From the NCBI GenBank assembly GCA_027023255.1, contig JALVVU010000007.1, forward strand, positions 6,888 to 70,887: a DNA stretch of 64,000 bases. Direction: 5' to 3'. Origin of the DNA: Desulfurococcales archaeon. Its GTDB lineage: Archaea > Thermoproteota > Thermoprotei_A > Sulfolobales > NBVN01. The translations under genes were made by a program, and so were the position numbers. The notes below the pieces were generated by a model. It made no database searches and was not told the DNA's origin. It saw only the letters and a program-made list of their open reading frames with translations. Shown one piece after another: positions 25,738 to 36,074 of this stretch (its first letter is position 1; each line of letters begins with the position of its first letter).

Positions 25738-27582
25738 TTATTTGTCACGAGAATGTTCCTTAAGCCATGGGTACATGTCGATCCATTTTTCGAGGAATGG
25801 GCCATATGTCTTGAGGTATAATGGGTGTGTGGTCATCTTCCTTATTAGTTCGTTGTTTCTTCTGTACTTTATTGCCTCTCCTAGGGTGTGTTCGCCTTTC
25901 ATTCTCTTCCATTCCTCTAGTGTGAACATGTACTTCTTCTGCACGTAGTCTCTGTAGACGTCGCTTAACACGTTGAAGGTGCAGAACGGTACTACCCTGC
26001 CGTCAGGCATTAGGTAATGGATGTTGCACCGCATGACTCTCTCAACGTCGTAGTTGTATAGATCCATGAAGTGCATCATCCCGAGGAATAGGAACTTGTA
26101 GTGCCACTTGCCTAGGGCTTCGTATGATTGCTTAGTGAATATCTCTAGAAGTAACTTGGGTAAGCTTTTCTTTAGCTCGGACGGTACCTCACTCCATCTT
26201 ATGAAGTCCTTGAGTATGTTTAGAAGTATTTTAGTTCCTACTAGCAACTTGTGCTTCCCTGCTTTCAGTTCCTCAGCTTTCTCGCGTAAGTACTCCATGA
26301 ATCCCTCAACGTCTATCATTCTTGGTATTGGTATGTATGTCAGTTCTCCGTTCTCTTTATGCACGTAGATGTACGTGCCTACACCACACTCTGGGTGGTT
26401 AGCCATTTCGAACTTGAATCTCCCGGCAAGCGCCTCGGCGAAGACTGATACCGGGACTGATGTGGGGACCGGGTACCAATCGTTAACGGTTATTTGCCCG
26501 TTGGTCTGCTCTTCAATTAATTTTACGGTGTCATATATCGTTACCCTAAGTTTCTGTCTCTCGGCCCTCTTTATCATGCCCGTTAACGATACTGGCTGGA
26601 AGTTCACTGCCCTAACGATATCCATGTTAAGAGCGGCAAACTTTATTATGTCCCCTAGCTCCCCCGTGTTTATACCCTTAATTACCGTAGGCACTAAGAC
26701 CACTGATGTCATTCCAGCTTTACGGAAAACCTCGAAGACAAAGGGGATTTCCCAGTGGTTCTTGGGGTTAGACTTTGGGGTTATGCCGTCGAAGCTCATG
26801 TAGACCGTGTTTACGCCGGTAGTCCTTAATGCCCTAGCGAATTTTACTGCTTCTTCCTCACCTTTCTCTAAGTACAGTCTAGCGAATTTTATTGCGTTCG
26901 TGTTTAGCTGAATGTGCTTTATGCCCATCTCCCTGAGTATCTTTATTATCTCAACGATATCCTCGCGTAGGAGAGGCTCACCACCTGTCAACTGTATTAC
27001 GGGGGTGATTCCCTGCTTAAGATATGATTTAAGCATATGCCTTATTTGCTCCTGCGTTGGCTCATAGACAAAGCCGGACTTCTCGGCGTAGAAGAAGCAA
27101 TACCAGCAGTCCAGGTCACACCTGTTAGTCAGAACTAAGTTAGCTAACGCCGTGTGGTTCTTATGCAGTGGACAGAGACCGCAGCTGAAGGGACATGGCG
27201 CTGTTAGCTCTGTGTACGCATGCCTTGGTCCGCGTCCCTCAACAAACCACTTCTCTATGCGTTTAGCCCACTCAGAGCTCCCCTGATATATCTCTTCTAT
27301 TTCACCGTGCTCCGGACAGATCTTCCTGATGTAGAGCTTATCGTCTCGCTCAACTATTATGGCTGGTAATAAGGCGTAGCAGTAAGGGCATATCGAGTTA
27401 GTGTACCTAACTAGTTTTTCGCCTTTCTTAGTTTTTGGTAGGGGGCCACCAATACGTATTTCCCTATCCGCAATCCTGATTACCCCCTTAACGGGGTCGA
27501 AGGTTGATGGCTTAATTAGCTTGTGTTCGCCCTCGGTGACGGGCTGTGACTCGCCCATTAGCCTGACCTCTAGCTTAACCAT
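25738..27582 (-). CDS. tes: Tetraether lipid synthase (GDGT-MAS), radical SAM
   Basis: N-terminal CPYC/CPEHG, CPFSCGLCPLH, CDLDCWYC radical-SAM triad and C-terminal MHFMDLYNYDVERVMRC...PFC. Confidence 0.9.
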   Translation of the reverse strand: MVKLEVRLMGESQPVTEGEHKLIKPSTFDPVKGVIRIADREIRIGGPLPKTKKGEKLVRYTNSICPYCYALLPAIIVERDDKLYIRKICPEHGEIEEIYQGSSEWAKRIEKWFVEGRGPRHAYTELTAPCPFSCGLCPLHKNHTALANLVLTNRCDLDCWYCFFYAEKSGFVYEPTQEQIRHMLKSYLKQGITPVIQLTGGEPLLREDIVEIIKILREMGIKHIQLNTNAIKFARLYLEKGEEEAVKFARALRTTGVNTVYMSFDGITPKSNPKNHWEIPFVFEVFRKAGMTSVVLVPTVIKGINTGELGDIIKFAALNMDIVRAVNFQPVSLTGMIKRAERQKLRVTIYDTVKLIEEQTNGQITVNDWYPVPTSVPVSVFAEALAGRFKFEMANHPECGVGTYIYVHKENGELTYIPIPRMIDVEGFMEYLREKAEELKAGKHKLLVGTKILLNILKDFIRWSEVPSELKKSLPKLLLEIFTKQSYEALGKWHYKFLFLGMMHFMDLYNYDVERVMRCNIHYLMPDGRVVPFCTFNVLSDVYRDYVQKKYMFTLEEWKRMKGEHTLGEAIKYRRNNELIRKMTTHPLYLKTYGPFLEKWIDMYPWLKEHSRDK

Positions 27583-27613
27583 ATACTCCGTTAAAATAAA
27601 AGGTTACTCCGTA

Positions 27614-28570
27614 CTAAGTTGAGGTGAACCCCCTGAAGTTATCCCATCCTCCAAACACTTCTTTCCCTCTTAACAGCACCTTCCCAACTCCTTTCTTGGT
27701 AAGATGCCCTAGCAGGAAACCATCCCCGCAACCCTCACCTCGATTGCAAACGTAAATCACCGTATACTCTTCTCCCATAAACCTTAACACATCCTCCACA
27801 CTAATACCCGCTTCCTCCATGAACTCGGAAACGTCTCTGCAGATCGGGAGTTCCTCGGACAGCATTAGGGACAAAGAATTTGACGCGAGGAACCTTCTCA
27901 CCGAACGCAACCCGTCACTCATGTCCGTAGTTGCCTTAACTTCATCGACGTATCGTAGGAAACTTAACGGTACTTCCGGCCTACGTAACCACTCCTTAAC
28001 GCTACTCGGTATATCACCCTTAATTGTCAAGTAATGCATTAGTGCAGGAATTGCTGACCTGCCCAAGCACGATGTTACGTAGACCTTGTCACCTGCCTGC
28101 GCTCCTCTCATTCTAATAGGTTTTCTTGCCTCACCTAACATGGTTACGTCTATCCACACACCCAAGGGATCCTCGGAGGCATTGAAGTCCCCTCCCAATA
28201 CCTTAACCCCATATCGTTGAGCAAACTCGCGAATACCCGTCCCAATTAAGCGGACGTCCTCAAGGGTCCTCCCCTTAGGCACACCAAGCGATATCAACGT
28301 GTACCGAGGTCTCCCGCCTTTAGCTACAATGTCTAAGGCACTCCCAGCCAGGACACGGTAAGTTAGATCGTCTAACCCCATCCACGGGTACTTAGACGCT
28401 CGCTCCGATGTACCGTCGACTTTGATTATAGTTATGCCCTCCAAGCACAGGGCTGCAGCATCATCTAACTTATCGAGGAGACCTCCATCGAAGCTATTGC
28501 TCAAGGACTCAATTAACGTGCTTATTGCTTTGTCCTCCCCAACGTTAGCTAATTTAAGTTCTGGCTTCAA
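27614..28570 (-). CDS. thiL: Thiamine-monophosphate kinase
   Basis: GE, DDAA, KVDG, DIVAKGG, GGDFN, DMSDG and GWDNF. Confidence 0.8.
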   Translation of the reverse strand: MKPELKLANVGEDKAISTLIESLSNSFDGGLLDKLDDAAALCLEGITIIKVDGTSERASKYPWMGLDDLTYRVLAGSALDIVAKGGRPRYTLISLGVPKGRTLEDVRLIGTGIREFAQRYGVKVLGGDFNASEDPLGVWIDVTMLGEARKPIRMRGAQAGDKVYVTSCLGRSAIPALMHYLTIKGDIPSSVKEWLRRPEVPLSFLRYVDEVKATTDMSDGLRSVRRFLASNSLSLMLSEELPICRDVSEFMEEAGISVEDVLRFMGEEYTVIYVCNRGEGCGDGFLLGHLTKKGVGKVLLRGKEVFGGWDNFRGFTST

Positions 28571-28587
28571 TTGTTGAACCCGCTGTG

Positions 28588-28639
28588 GTAGTCCCTATGT
28601 AAGTTATTAAGGCCTAGGTTATGGGACATTAGGGACTAC
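28588..28639. repeat. 10-bp perfect inverted repeat flanking a shared TATA-like box
   Basis: GTAGTCCCTA (28588-28597) and TAGGGACTAC (28630-28639) around TTATTAA. Confidence 0.6.
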
Positions 28640-28641
28640 GT

Positions 28642-30126
28642 TTGCGTGGCTCACCCCTACCGATACTGGTGCTTGCGGCAATCCTATTTTCGTTATTGCT
28701 TAGTTACCCTTCCGTGAGTACCTCAGCACAACCTAGTCACGGTAAACTACAGCACCTTAGCTTCACATTGTATGATTACGCGTACGTCGTCTTAACAAAG
28801 AACAGAACAACAGCGTACTTTGAGATACCGACAAACTACAGTGACGGCACGCTCAGTCAGACGGTATATATCGTTGCTTACGGTGGTGACGTGGCGCTCG
28901 TAGGGAACGACAGCAACGTCACCGCACAGATTAAAGTCTTCAACGGAAGCTACGGCTTCGTGGTTGTTAGGATTAAGCAGACATTCCTAAACCTAACGGG
29001 CGTAGTGCTCGAAATATCCCGTAACCCTAAGGCATTCGCAAATGTTGAGAACAAAATCCCGCAGAGCATTAGGGAAAAGTACGTGAAGAAACCTGCAAAT
29101 ATAATCAAGCAGGAGGTCGTTCCCGACTTCACCAAGTGGCTTAAGGAGAGAGGATACAGTGTTAATAACGTGTCCAAAGCATTCCTCGCCGTCCAAGCCG
29201 CCGTGTTTATCTATCTGTCAGGCTACATACACTATAGCCCAAGTGCCCTACCTAGGACGCTTGCCGATATAATTAACAAGCATCAGGGAGACTGTGACGA
29301 CATGTCCAGAGTCTTAATGAATTTGCTGTGGTACTACGGAATACCTGCCAAGATGGAGTACAGTTACGTATACCTACCACTAAACATGACCATGCCCATC
29401 GAAGGCTCGTACATGAGGTTCCTCAACGCTGGTCCCCACGCCTACACACTCATGTACATCCCGACCGTCGGTTGGGTCTCGCTGGACTTCCTAGCTGGGG
29501 CTAGGCTTAACAACCCATCATTAGTTGAGGGTGAATCACTCACTGCGGAAGTTACGGAGAAGCAATTGGAGCATGCTAAGAAGGAACTCTCTAGGATAAG
29601 GTACGCTGAAGAAGTAATGCTGTTTAAGGACAGCGAAATACCATCGAAGTTAAGGACATACAACGTCAGTAAATTAGCGACAACACTACACGACATGCTA
29701 CTTCCCCTCATCAAGAAGGTTGCGCTAGAGGCAGGGTTAAACATAACAAGCACAGCAACCTCAAGTACTACGACACAGTCCAGCACTACAGTAACAGGAA
29801 CAAACACGAGCACACCAGAGAATCGCACAGGAACAAGCTCTACTACCACGTTGGTGACGACGCAGCATACATCAACGACAAGTACGACACCATCAAGTAC
29901 GGCAACCTACTCAACGCAGGAGACAACCTGCACTACCTCCCGGACAAGTACGCCACACGGCACAAGGATAACATCAACAACTAATACAAGCACACCAAAA
30001 GTAAACATCATTAATGAGCCTGATTTCCTAGGATTCCTACTACTGCTTATCCTACTAGTAATTATCCTCGCACGATACGCCGTTAAGGCAAGCTCAGGAA
30101 CTCAGCAAGTACATCCTAGCACGTAA
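28642..30126 (+). CDS. Secreted, membrane-anchored transglutaminase-like (Cys-His-Asp) protein with Ser/Thr-rich linker
   Basis: Signal peptide, GDCDD, PHAY, WVSLD, ~90-aa S/T stretch and C-terminal TM helix. Confidence 0.85.
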   Translation: MRGSPLPILVLAAILFSLLLSYPSVSTSAQPSHGKLQHLSFTLYDYAYVVLTKNRTTAYFEIPTNYSDGTLSQTVYIVAYGGDVALVGNDSNVTAQIKVFNGSYGFVVVRIKQTFLNLTGVVLEISRNPKAFANVENKIPQSIREKYVKKPANIIKQEVVPDFTKWLKERGYSVNNVSKAFLAVQAAVFIYLSGYIHYSPSALPRTLADIINKHQGDCDDMSRVLMNLLWYYGIPAKMEYSYVYLPLNMTMPIEGSYMRFLNAGPHAYTLMYIPTVGWVSLDFLAGARLNNPSLVEGESLTAEVTEKQLEHAKKELSRIRYAEEVMLFKDSEIPSKLRTYNVSKLATTLHDMLLPLIKKVALEAGLNITSTATSSTTTQSSTTVTGTNTSTPENRTGTSSTTTLVTTQHTSTTSTTPSSTATYSTQETTCTTSRTSTPHGTRITSTTNTSTPKVNIINEPDFLGFLLLLILLVIILARYAVKASSGTQQVHPST

Positions 30127-31245
30127 CCCGCCATGCATCACGTTAATCCTACGGACTATCTTAATCCCTGCCTCATCAGCTGCCCTCTCTAACGCCCTCA
30201 CCGCGGCTGTAATTAGCGCTAATCGTGCCTCCGGGAAGCGCTCGAAAAATACCTCTAAGAACTTCCTGTAGAACATGGGTAACTTCTTCGGGTTATGAAA
30301 CCTTATTCCGTAGGGCGGATTAACAGCGGCATAACGCACTTCAGTGTCTACGAGTGAGTAAGTCTTCCGTAGCGTTGAGTCGCCTTCAATGAATGTAGTG
30401 ACCCAAGCAACGTTGGCTGACGTCGCATTTAGGCGTGCGCCGGCTAAGTGCTTTGGGCTAGCATCAATGCAGTATGCGTGAATGTCCTTCGTTAACTCTA
30501 TCCTTGAGAGGAGATCTGTGATCGTATCGCGTTCGACTTGAGGGTCGTAGAGCTTTAGCTTCTTGTAAGCGTAGTCCTGCCTGAACAGAGTGATGGGCAT
30601 AGAGAGCGCTCTGTGGGCAGCCTCAATAACTATCGTGGCCCCGCCACACATGGGGTCCAGGAACGACCCTTCCTTGTAGTCCAGTAGCTCTAGTAGCGCG
30701 GCGGCTAACGTGGTCTTGAGTGCCGCTGGGTGGTCATACACTCTATACCTACGTCTGTGGAGCGATGTGCCGGTGGTGTTGATACCTATGATTAAGTCGT
30801 CATTTATTACGAAGGCATGTACCTCAACATCAGGTCTCCTTAGGTTAACCTTCAGCCTAACACCGGTTTCGCTCGCATACGACTCAATTATGCCCGCCCC
30901 AACCTCCCGCCCCACGTCAATACTGGTGAAATCATGCGTACCTACGCGCTCGGCCCTAACAGCGAAGGTTGCATTACTCTTAATGAATTCCATGTAGCTT
31001 AAGCTTTCGGCAATCTCCCTTATGTCACGTAAGGTTCTGAATTTAGTGTGGATTAATTCAATGAAGACCCTATTCACGGTTCGTAAGGTATTATTGCCTA
31101 CGTAAGTAAAGCGTTCGTCAGCAGTGAGGAATACCTTGCCAGGCGCGGTTGACTTCACGCTGACGCCTGCCTTACTCATTTCCTTAGCTACAAGGTCTTC
31201 CGTGCCCTGCGGAGCTGTACAGAAGTATCGTAACATCCCTAGCAC
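30094..31245 (-). CDS. trm14: THUMP-domain tRNA (guanine(6)-N2)-methyltransferase
   Basis: TFAVRAERVGTHDFTS, SLHRRRYRVYDHPAAL, LDPMCGGAT and NPPYG. Confidence 0.85.
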   Translation of the reverse strand: MLGMLRYFCTAPQGTEDLVAKEMSKAGVSVKSTAPGKVFLTADERFTYVGNNTLRTVNRVFIELIHTKFRTLRDIREIAESLSYMEFIKSNATFAVRAERVGTHDFTSIDVGREVGAGIIESYASETGVRLKVNLRRPDVEVHAFVINDDLIIGINTTGTSLHRRRYRVYDHPAALKTTLAAALLELLDYKEGSFLDPMCGGATIVIEAAHRALSMPITLFRQDYAYKKLKLYDPQVERDTITDLLSRIELTKDIHAYCIDASPKHLAGARLNATSANVAWVTTFIEGDSTLRKTYSLVDTEVRYAAVNPPYGIRFHNPKKLPMFYRKFLEVFFERFPEARLALITAAVRALERAADEAGIKIVRRINVMHGGLRARMYLLSS

Positions 31246-31296
31246 ACTCCCAACGTTTAAGGCTGATTATCGGAAGCTCTCCAACATATGTGATTA

Positions 31297-31372
<76 letters not shown>

Positions 31373-31437
31373 TCCAGTCATTTGGATTAGTGAACCCTTA
31401 TTTTCTTTTCTACCCTTTGCTCTTTAGGTGAGTTAGG

Positions 31438-32814
31438 CTGACACACGTTAAACTGATCGCGTCTCTAGGGCCCGCTTCTAAAGATTTAGAAACAGTTATC
31501 AAGTTAGTTAACGCCGGCGCGTCGGGGTTCAGGATAAACTTCGCTCACGGAGATAGTAATTTCTGGAAAACCCTCGCTGACAACGTTAGGAAGGCTGAGG
31601 AAATAACAGGCAAGCCTTTGACGCTAATAACGGATCTCGAAGGATCCTCCATAAGGTTAGGTGAGTTACCTGAGCCCCTAACCTTGAGGAAGGGTGATAT
31701 CGCCAGGTTAGTTCCGCAGCAGAGAGCCGAAGAGCCGGGCACGATACCATTCCCAAACGAGAGAGTACTTTCTGAGCTTGAGGAGGGAGACATCCTAGTC
31801 ATGGATGATGGTAGGGTTAGGTTAAGGGTTGTTAAGGTTTCAGGTGATGAAGTTGAAGTCGCAGCCCTAACTGACGCTGTCATTAAGTCTCGCAAGGGAG
31901 TTGTTGTTCAGAACAAGGAGTTCGACCTCCCGGTCCTAACCAAGAAGGATTTAGAGGATATCAAGTTCGCCTGTAGTGTTGGGGCTGACTACATAGGGCT
32001 CAGCTACGTTAGGAACGCAGATAACGTGCGGGTATTGAAGGAACTGCTTAGGGAGATGAGGTGCGATGCCGGAGTAGTGGCTAAGATAGAGACAAGGTCA
32101 GCGGTCAAGAATGTTGAGGACATAGCGCATGTAGCTGACGTGATACTGGTTGCTAGGGGGGACTTAGGAATGAACTTTGGACTAGAGGAGATACCGAGGA
32201 TTCAAAGACGAATTGTTGAGGCCTCGCTGAGAATAGGTAAGCCCGTCATAGTAGCGACGCAGCTCCTGGAATCCATGGTTGAGAACCCCGTCCCGACGCG
32301 GGCTGAGGTTGTTGATACTTACGTTGCCGTGTCTGAGGGCGTTGACGCGTTAATGCTAACCGGGGAAACAGCCGCTGGCAAATACCCCGTTGAAGCAGTG
32401 AAGTGGTTACGCCGGATAGTTAGTAAGGCTGAGGCCAGTGAAAATGTGAGGACGTACAGGGAGGGTGGCCCACTGAAGAGAAGGTACGCTAAGGGTGTTG
32501 CCGAACTTGCAGAGGACTTGAACGCCAAGATAATAATATACTCATCAACGGGGGTCACCGCCCGCCACCTAGCATCAATAAGACCCAACGTGCCTTTCTA
32601 CGTGGCTGTGCCTAACATAAAGGTCGCTAGGTCAATAAACATACTGTGGGGAGTGAATCCTATAATAACTCCCACAAAGAACCATGAAGAAGGGCTTGAG
32701 GAGGCTTTCAAGAAACTCATCAGGATGGATGAGGTCTCAATAGGCGATCTAATAGTAATGACCTACGGCATGAAAGGTGAGGAGCAGGTAATCAAGGTTA
32801 GGCGCTACGTGTAA
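31438..32814 (+). CDS. pyk: Pyruvate kinase (inferred CTG start)
   Basis: KLIASLGPAS and FRINFAHG lie upstream of the ORF-track start at 31618; AKIET, VARGDLG, ATQLLESM and LTGETA motifs. Confidence 0.92.
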   Translation: MTHVKLIASLGPASKDLETVIKLVNAGASGFRINFAHGDSNFWKTLADNVRKAEEITGKPLTLITDLEGSSIRLGELPEPLTLRKGDIARLVPQQRAEEPGTIPFPNERVLSELEEGDILVMDDGRVRLRVVKVSGDEVEVAALTDAVIKSRKGVVVQNKEFDLPVLTKKDLEDIKFACSVGADYIGLSYVRNADNVRVLKELLREMRCDAGVVAKIETRSAVKNVEDIAHVADVILVARGDLGMNFGLEEIPRIQRRIVEASLRIGKPVIVATQLLESMVENPVPTRAEVVDTYVAVSEGVDALMLTGETAAGKYPVEAVKWLRRIVSKAEASENVRTYREGGPLKRRYAKGVAELAEDLNAKIIIYSSTGVTARHLASIRPNVPFYVAVPNIKVARSINILWGVNPIITPTKNHEEGLEEAFKKLIRMDEVSIGDLIVMTYGMKGEEQVIKVRRYV

Positions 32815-32892
32815 CGTTACCGAAACCTGAAAATGATTTTATACTGAACCACATTATGTGAAGCGGCTGAAGGGGAGGCGAGGTGAGTCAAA

Positions 32893-33708
32893 CTGACCAA
32901 GAAAAGAAAAAGAAGAGATAAGGGGGCAGGTAAGGTAATCGTTAAGAAGAAAGCAAGGATTTCACCCTCTATAAGAACTAGGAAAGTTAGGTGGGACCTA
33001 ATTATAGCTGCTGCAATAGTAGTATTCATAGCTGTAGGCGTGATCTACCTCGTAACTCACGCATCGAGGGAAACACCCCATCAACTAAAGCCAGCCACGG
33101 AGAATCTTTACAAGGCGCTTGAGGAAATATACTTCACAAACAAACCCAATCCTAACGCGACCCTAGACGTATTCTACGGCGTCAGAGGTAATGTTAACCT
33201 GAACGGCACGGTCTTCGGCGTCAAGGACATCATGCAGTTCAGAATATTCTTCTACAACAGGACACTCAAAGTACCAACAAATGAGAGCGGAACTTCCGGC
33301 AACAAAACCAAAATAGTCGTGTTGAGTGGGCACGGCGTCATACCCCTCGGTGCCTACTACATCCAACCAGTGTTAGACGTATTGGGCTTCACAAGTAAAG
33401 TTGAGAATATCTCAATGCTCCTAGTTAACGTTGAAAACCTCAAAAACCATAACGTAAGTGTAGAGACAAAATACCTCGGGCACGACAAGGTCACAATACC
33501 CACGGTTAAGGAGCCTTTAGATACCGTGAAGGTACAATATACATACACTATTAAAGTACACAACAAGACTTACCACGTTAACGCTACCGTATGGTACGAG
33601 ACTAAGTATAAGTTCCCTGTAAAGGCAGTCATAAATATTAATGGGTATACCTTGACGTTTAAGCTTGAGTACGCTGAGTTAACGTACTTAAGTCAGCGAA
33701 GAATCTGA
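32893..33708 (+). CDS. Membrane-anchored extracellular beta-rich protein (inferred CTG start)
   Basis: In-frame extension of ORF 33040 adds a basic N-region and the TM helix WDLIIAAAIVVFIAVGVIYLV; many NxS/T sequons. Confidence 0.75.
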   Translation: MTKKRKRRDKGAGKVIVKKKARISPSIRTRKVRWDLIIAAAIVVFIAVGVIYLVTHASRETPHQLKPATENLYKALEEIYFTNKPNPNATLDVFYGVRGNVNLNGTVFGVKDIMQFRIFFYNRTLKVPTNESGTSGNKTKIVVLSGHGVIPLGAYYIQPVLDVLGFTSKVENISMLLVNVENLKNHNVSVETKYLGHDKVTIPTVKEPLDTVKVQYTYTIKVHNKTYHVNATVWYETKYKFPVKAVININGYTLTFKLEYAELTYLSQRRI

Positions 33709-33770
33709 GGAGTTAATCACGTACTAACACAATTACTTTTAACCTCACGAAAACACTCAGATGTAGTGAT

Positions 33771-34631
33771 GTGAGTATGGCCTCAAACCCGCCCTCAAGT
33801 AAGATAAGGATTCACATGCCGCGTGAATACTTAGAGAGGAAAAAGAAGCTCCAAGAACGAATGTCTAAGATAAGGCACAAGATAGTCATAATGTCTGGCA
33901 AAGGTGGCGTCGGGAAATCCTTCATAGCGTCCAGCCTTGCACTAACCTTCCAGAAGCTAGGTTACAGAACCGGGCTCATGGATATTGACTTCCATGGCCC
34001 CTCCGCCCCGAAGATGCTGGGATTAAGGGGAACTAGGCTAATCATGTCGGATGAAGGTATAGAGCCTGCCCTAGGACCTCTAGGACTTAAGGTGATGTCC
34101 CTAGACTTCCTACTCCCAGACGATGATTCACCAGTGATATGGCGTGGGCCAATCAAGTCTACCGCGATAACACAGTTCGTGACAGACGTTAATTGGGGAG
34201 AGCTTGATTTCCTAGTAATTGACATGCCACCAGGCACTGGTGATGAAGCACTAACCGTTGCTCAGGAGCTTCCGGAAGTGGACGGAGCCGTATTTGTGAC
34301 TATCCCTTCTGAGGTTTCGCTCCTCGTTGTCGGTAGGTCAATCGTCTTTGCTAGGAGGGTAAACATAAGACCCTTAGGAGTTATAGAGAATATGTCTGGC
34401 TTCCTCTGCCCTAAGTGTGGCTCGTTCTACAGAATCTTCGGTAAGAGCTCCGGTAGGGAAATAGCTAGCAAATATGGAATAGAGTTCCTCGGTGAAATAC
34501 CGCTAGACCCGAGGATAGCTGAATGCAATGACGCTGGAACACCATTCATACTGAAATATCCGGACTCTGAAGTGTCTAAGCGTTTTGCGGAGGCTGCCCA
34601 GCATCTAGTCAAGATAGTTAGCAATGTGTAA
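33771..34631 (+). CDS. Mrp/ApbC/Nbp35 Fe-S cluster carrier ATPase
   Basis: SGKGGVGKS, VIWRGP, DMPPGTGD and ENMSGFLCPKC. Confidence 0.92.
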   Translation: MSMASNPPSSKIRIHMPREYLERKKKLQERMSKIRHKIVIMSGKGGVGKSFIASSLALTFQKLGYRTGLMDIDFHGPSAPKMLGLRGTRLIMSDEGIEPALGPLGLKVMSLDFLLPDDDSPVIWRGPIKSTAITQFVTDVNWGELDFLVIDMPPGTGDEALTVAQELPEVDGAVFVTIPSEVSLLVVGRSIVFARRVNIRPLGVIENMSGFLCPKCGSFYRIFGKSSGREIASKYGIEFLGEIPLDPRIAECNDAGTPFILKYPDSEVSKRFAEAAQHLVKIVSNV

Positions 34632-34705
34632 AAACGCCCTCACCTAGATCTTTTCTTCACTATTGCATTCCAACCTTAAGTTAAACCTACTTATTAGTCA
34701 CCTCC

Positions 34706-36031
34706 ATGATATTTACTTGGGATGTAAACATGGGATTCGAATGGTATAACGAGTTCGTAGACAGGAACCATAAGCCAAGCAGCGATGAATTAATTGCGGT
34801 GTTTAAGGCTAAGCCTGCTGAAGGTCTCACAATGGATGACATAGCAGGAAGGATCGCGTCAGAGAGCAGCGTCGGTACTTGGACCACGCTAACGACGCTA
34901 AAGCCACACGTACGTAAGATCATGGCTAAGGCATACGTTGTCCGTGAGGACGGCTTAATTAAGGTAGCGTACCCTCTAGACCTCTTTGAACTTGGGTCAA
35001 TACCCCAGCTCTTCAGCTCAGTACTGGGTAACATCTTCGGCATGAGAGCCATAAAGAGCTTGAAAGTGCTTGACATAATGTTCCCTGAGAAATACGTCAA
35101 GTCATTCCCTGGACCCTCATTCGGTATTAGCGGCGTCCGCGACAAGCTTAAGGTCTATAAGCGCCCAATACTTGCGACAGTGCCTAAGCCTAAGGTCGGA
35201 CTAACTTCAGAAGAGTACGGTGAAGCAGCGTATGAGATCCTAAGCGGCGGGATGGACCTAGTGAAGGACGACGAGAACCTAACTAACCAACCATTCAACC
35301 GCTTCGAAAAGAGGCTAGCTGCCGTGATGAAGGCCATAGATAAGGCCGAGAAGGAGACCGGTGAGAAGAAGGGATACCTATGCAACATAACGGCACCAAC
35401 GCTGGAGGAGATGCTACGTAGGATGAAACTTGTCGCTGATTACGGTAACGAATTCATAATGCTTGACATCCTGACGGTCGGCTGGGCAGCGGTTCAGACG
35501 GCTAGGGAGCACGCAGCCGACTATAAGCTAGCAATACATGCGCACAGGGCATTCCACGCAGCATTTACTAGGCCGAAAGAACATGGAGTGAGCTTCTACC
35601 TAATAGCTAAGATATCAAGGCTTGCTGGAGTGGATCACATCCACATAGGGACTAACGTAGGTAAAATGGAAACGGACCTGAAGGAACTGAAGCTAACACA
35701 GAACGTCATAACTCAGGAAGACTTCAACCCCGAAGGTGACGAGACAAAGGAACCACAGAAGTGGTATGGCCTCAAGCCTGTCCTCCCCGTAGCATCAGGA
35801 GGGCTCCATCCTGGCGTACTACCGCAACTGCTTGACTTCATGGGTTCCGACATACTAATACAGGTAGGGGGAGGCGTTACAGGGCACCCGAGCGGTCCCA
35901 AGGCCGGAGGAATAGCGGTGCGTCAAGCCCTAGAGGCATACTATAGTGGCGTCCCGCTAGAAGAGTATGCTAAGACGCATAAGGAGCTAAGGGAAGCACT
36001 AGAGAAGTGGGGTAAGGTTAGACCTGAGTGA
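34706..36031 (+). CDS. rbcL: Form III RuBisCO large subunit
   Basis: ESSVGTWT, PKPKVGL, DLVKDDENL, HAHRAFH and SGGLHPG; likely start ATG 34730. Confidence 0.95.
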   Translation: MIFTWDVNMGFEWYNEFVDRNHKPSSDELIAVFKAKPAEGLTMDDIAGRIASESSVGTWTTLTTLKPHVRKIMAKAYVVREDGLIKVAYPLDLFELGSIPQLFSSVLGNIFGMRAIKSLKVLDIMFPEKYVKSFPGPSFGISGVRDKLKVYKRPILATVPKPKVGLTSEEYGEAAYEILSGGMDLVKDDENLTNQPFNRFEKRLAAVMKAIDKAEKETGEKKGYLCNITAPTLEEMLRRMKLVADYGNEFIMLDILTVGWAAVQTAREHAADYKLAIHAHRAFHAAFTRPKEHGVSFYLIAKISRLAGVDHIHIGTNVGKMETDLKELKLTQNVITQEDFNPEGDETKEPQKWYGLKPVLPVASGGLHPGVLPQLLDFMGSDILIQVGGGVTGHPSGPKAGGIAVRQALEAYYSGVPLEEYAKTHKELREALEKWGKVRPE

Positions 36032-36074
36032 ACATAAAAAGTGTTGATTACCTTTTAACCTACTTCCTAACCCG

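Noticed and set aside
34706..36031. RuBisCO as evidence of a Calvin cycle
   Set aside because: The sequence is form III, normally used in nucleoside salvage; no small subunit or phosphoribulokinase is in the window.
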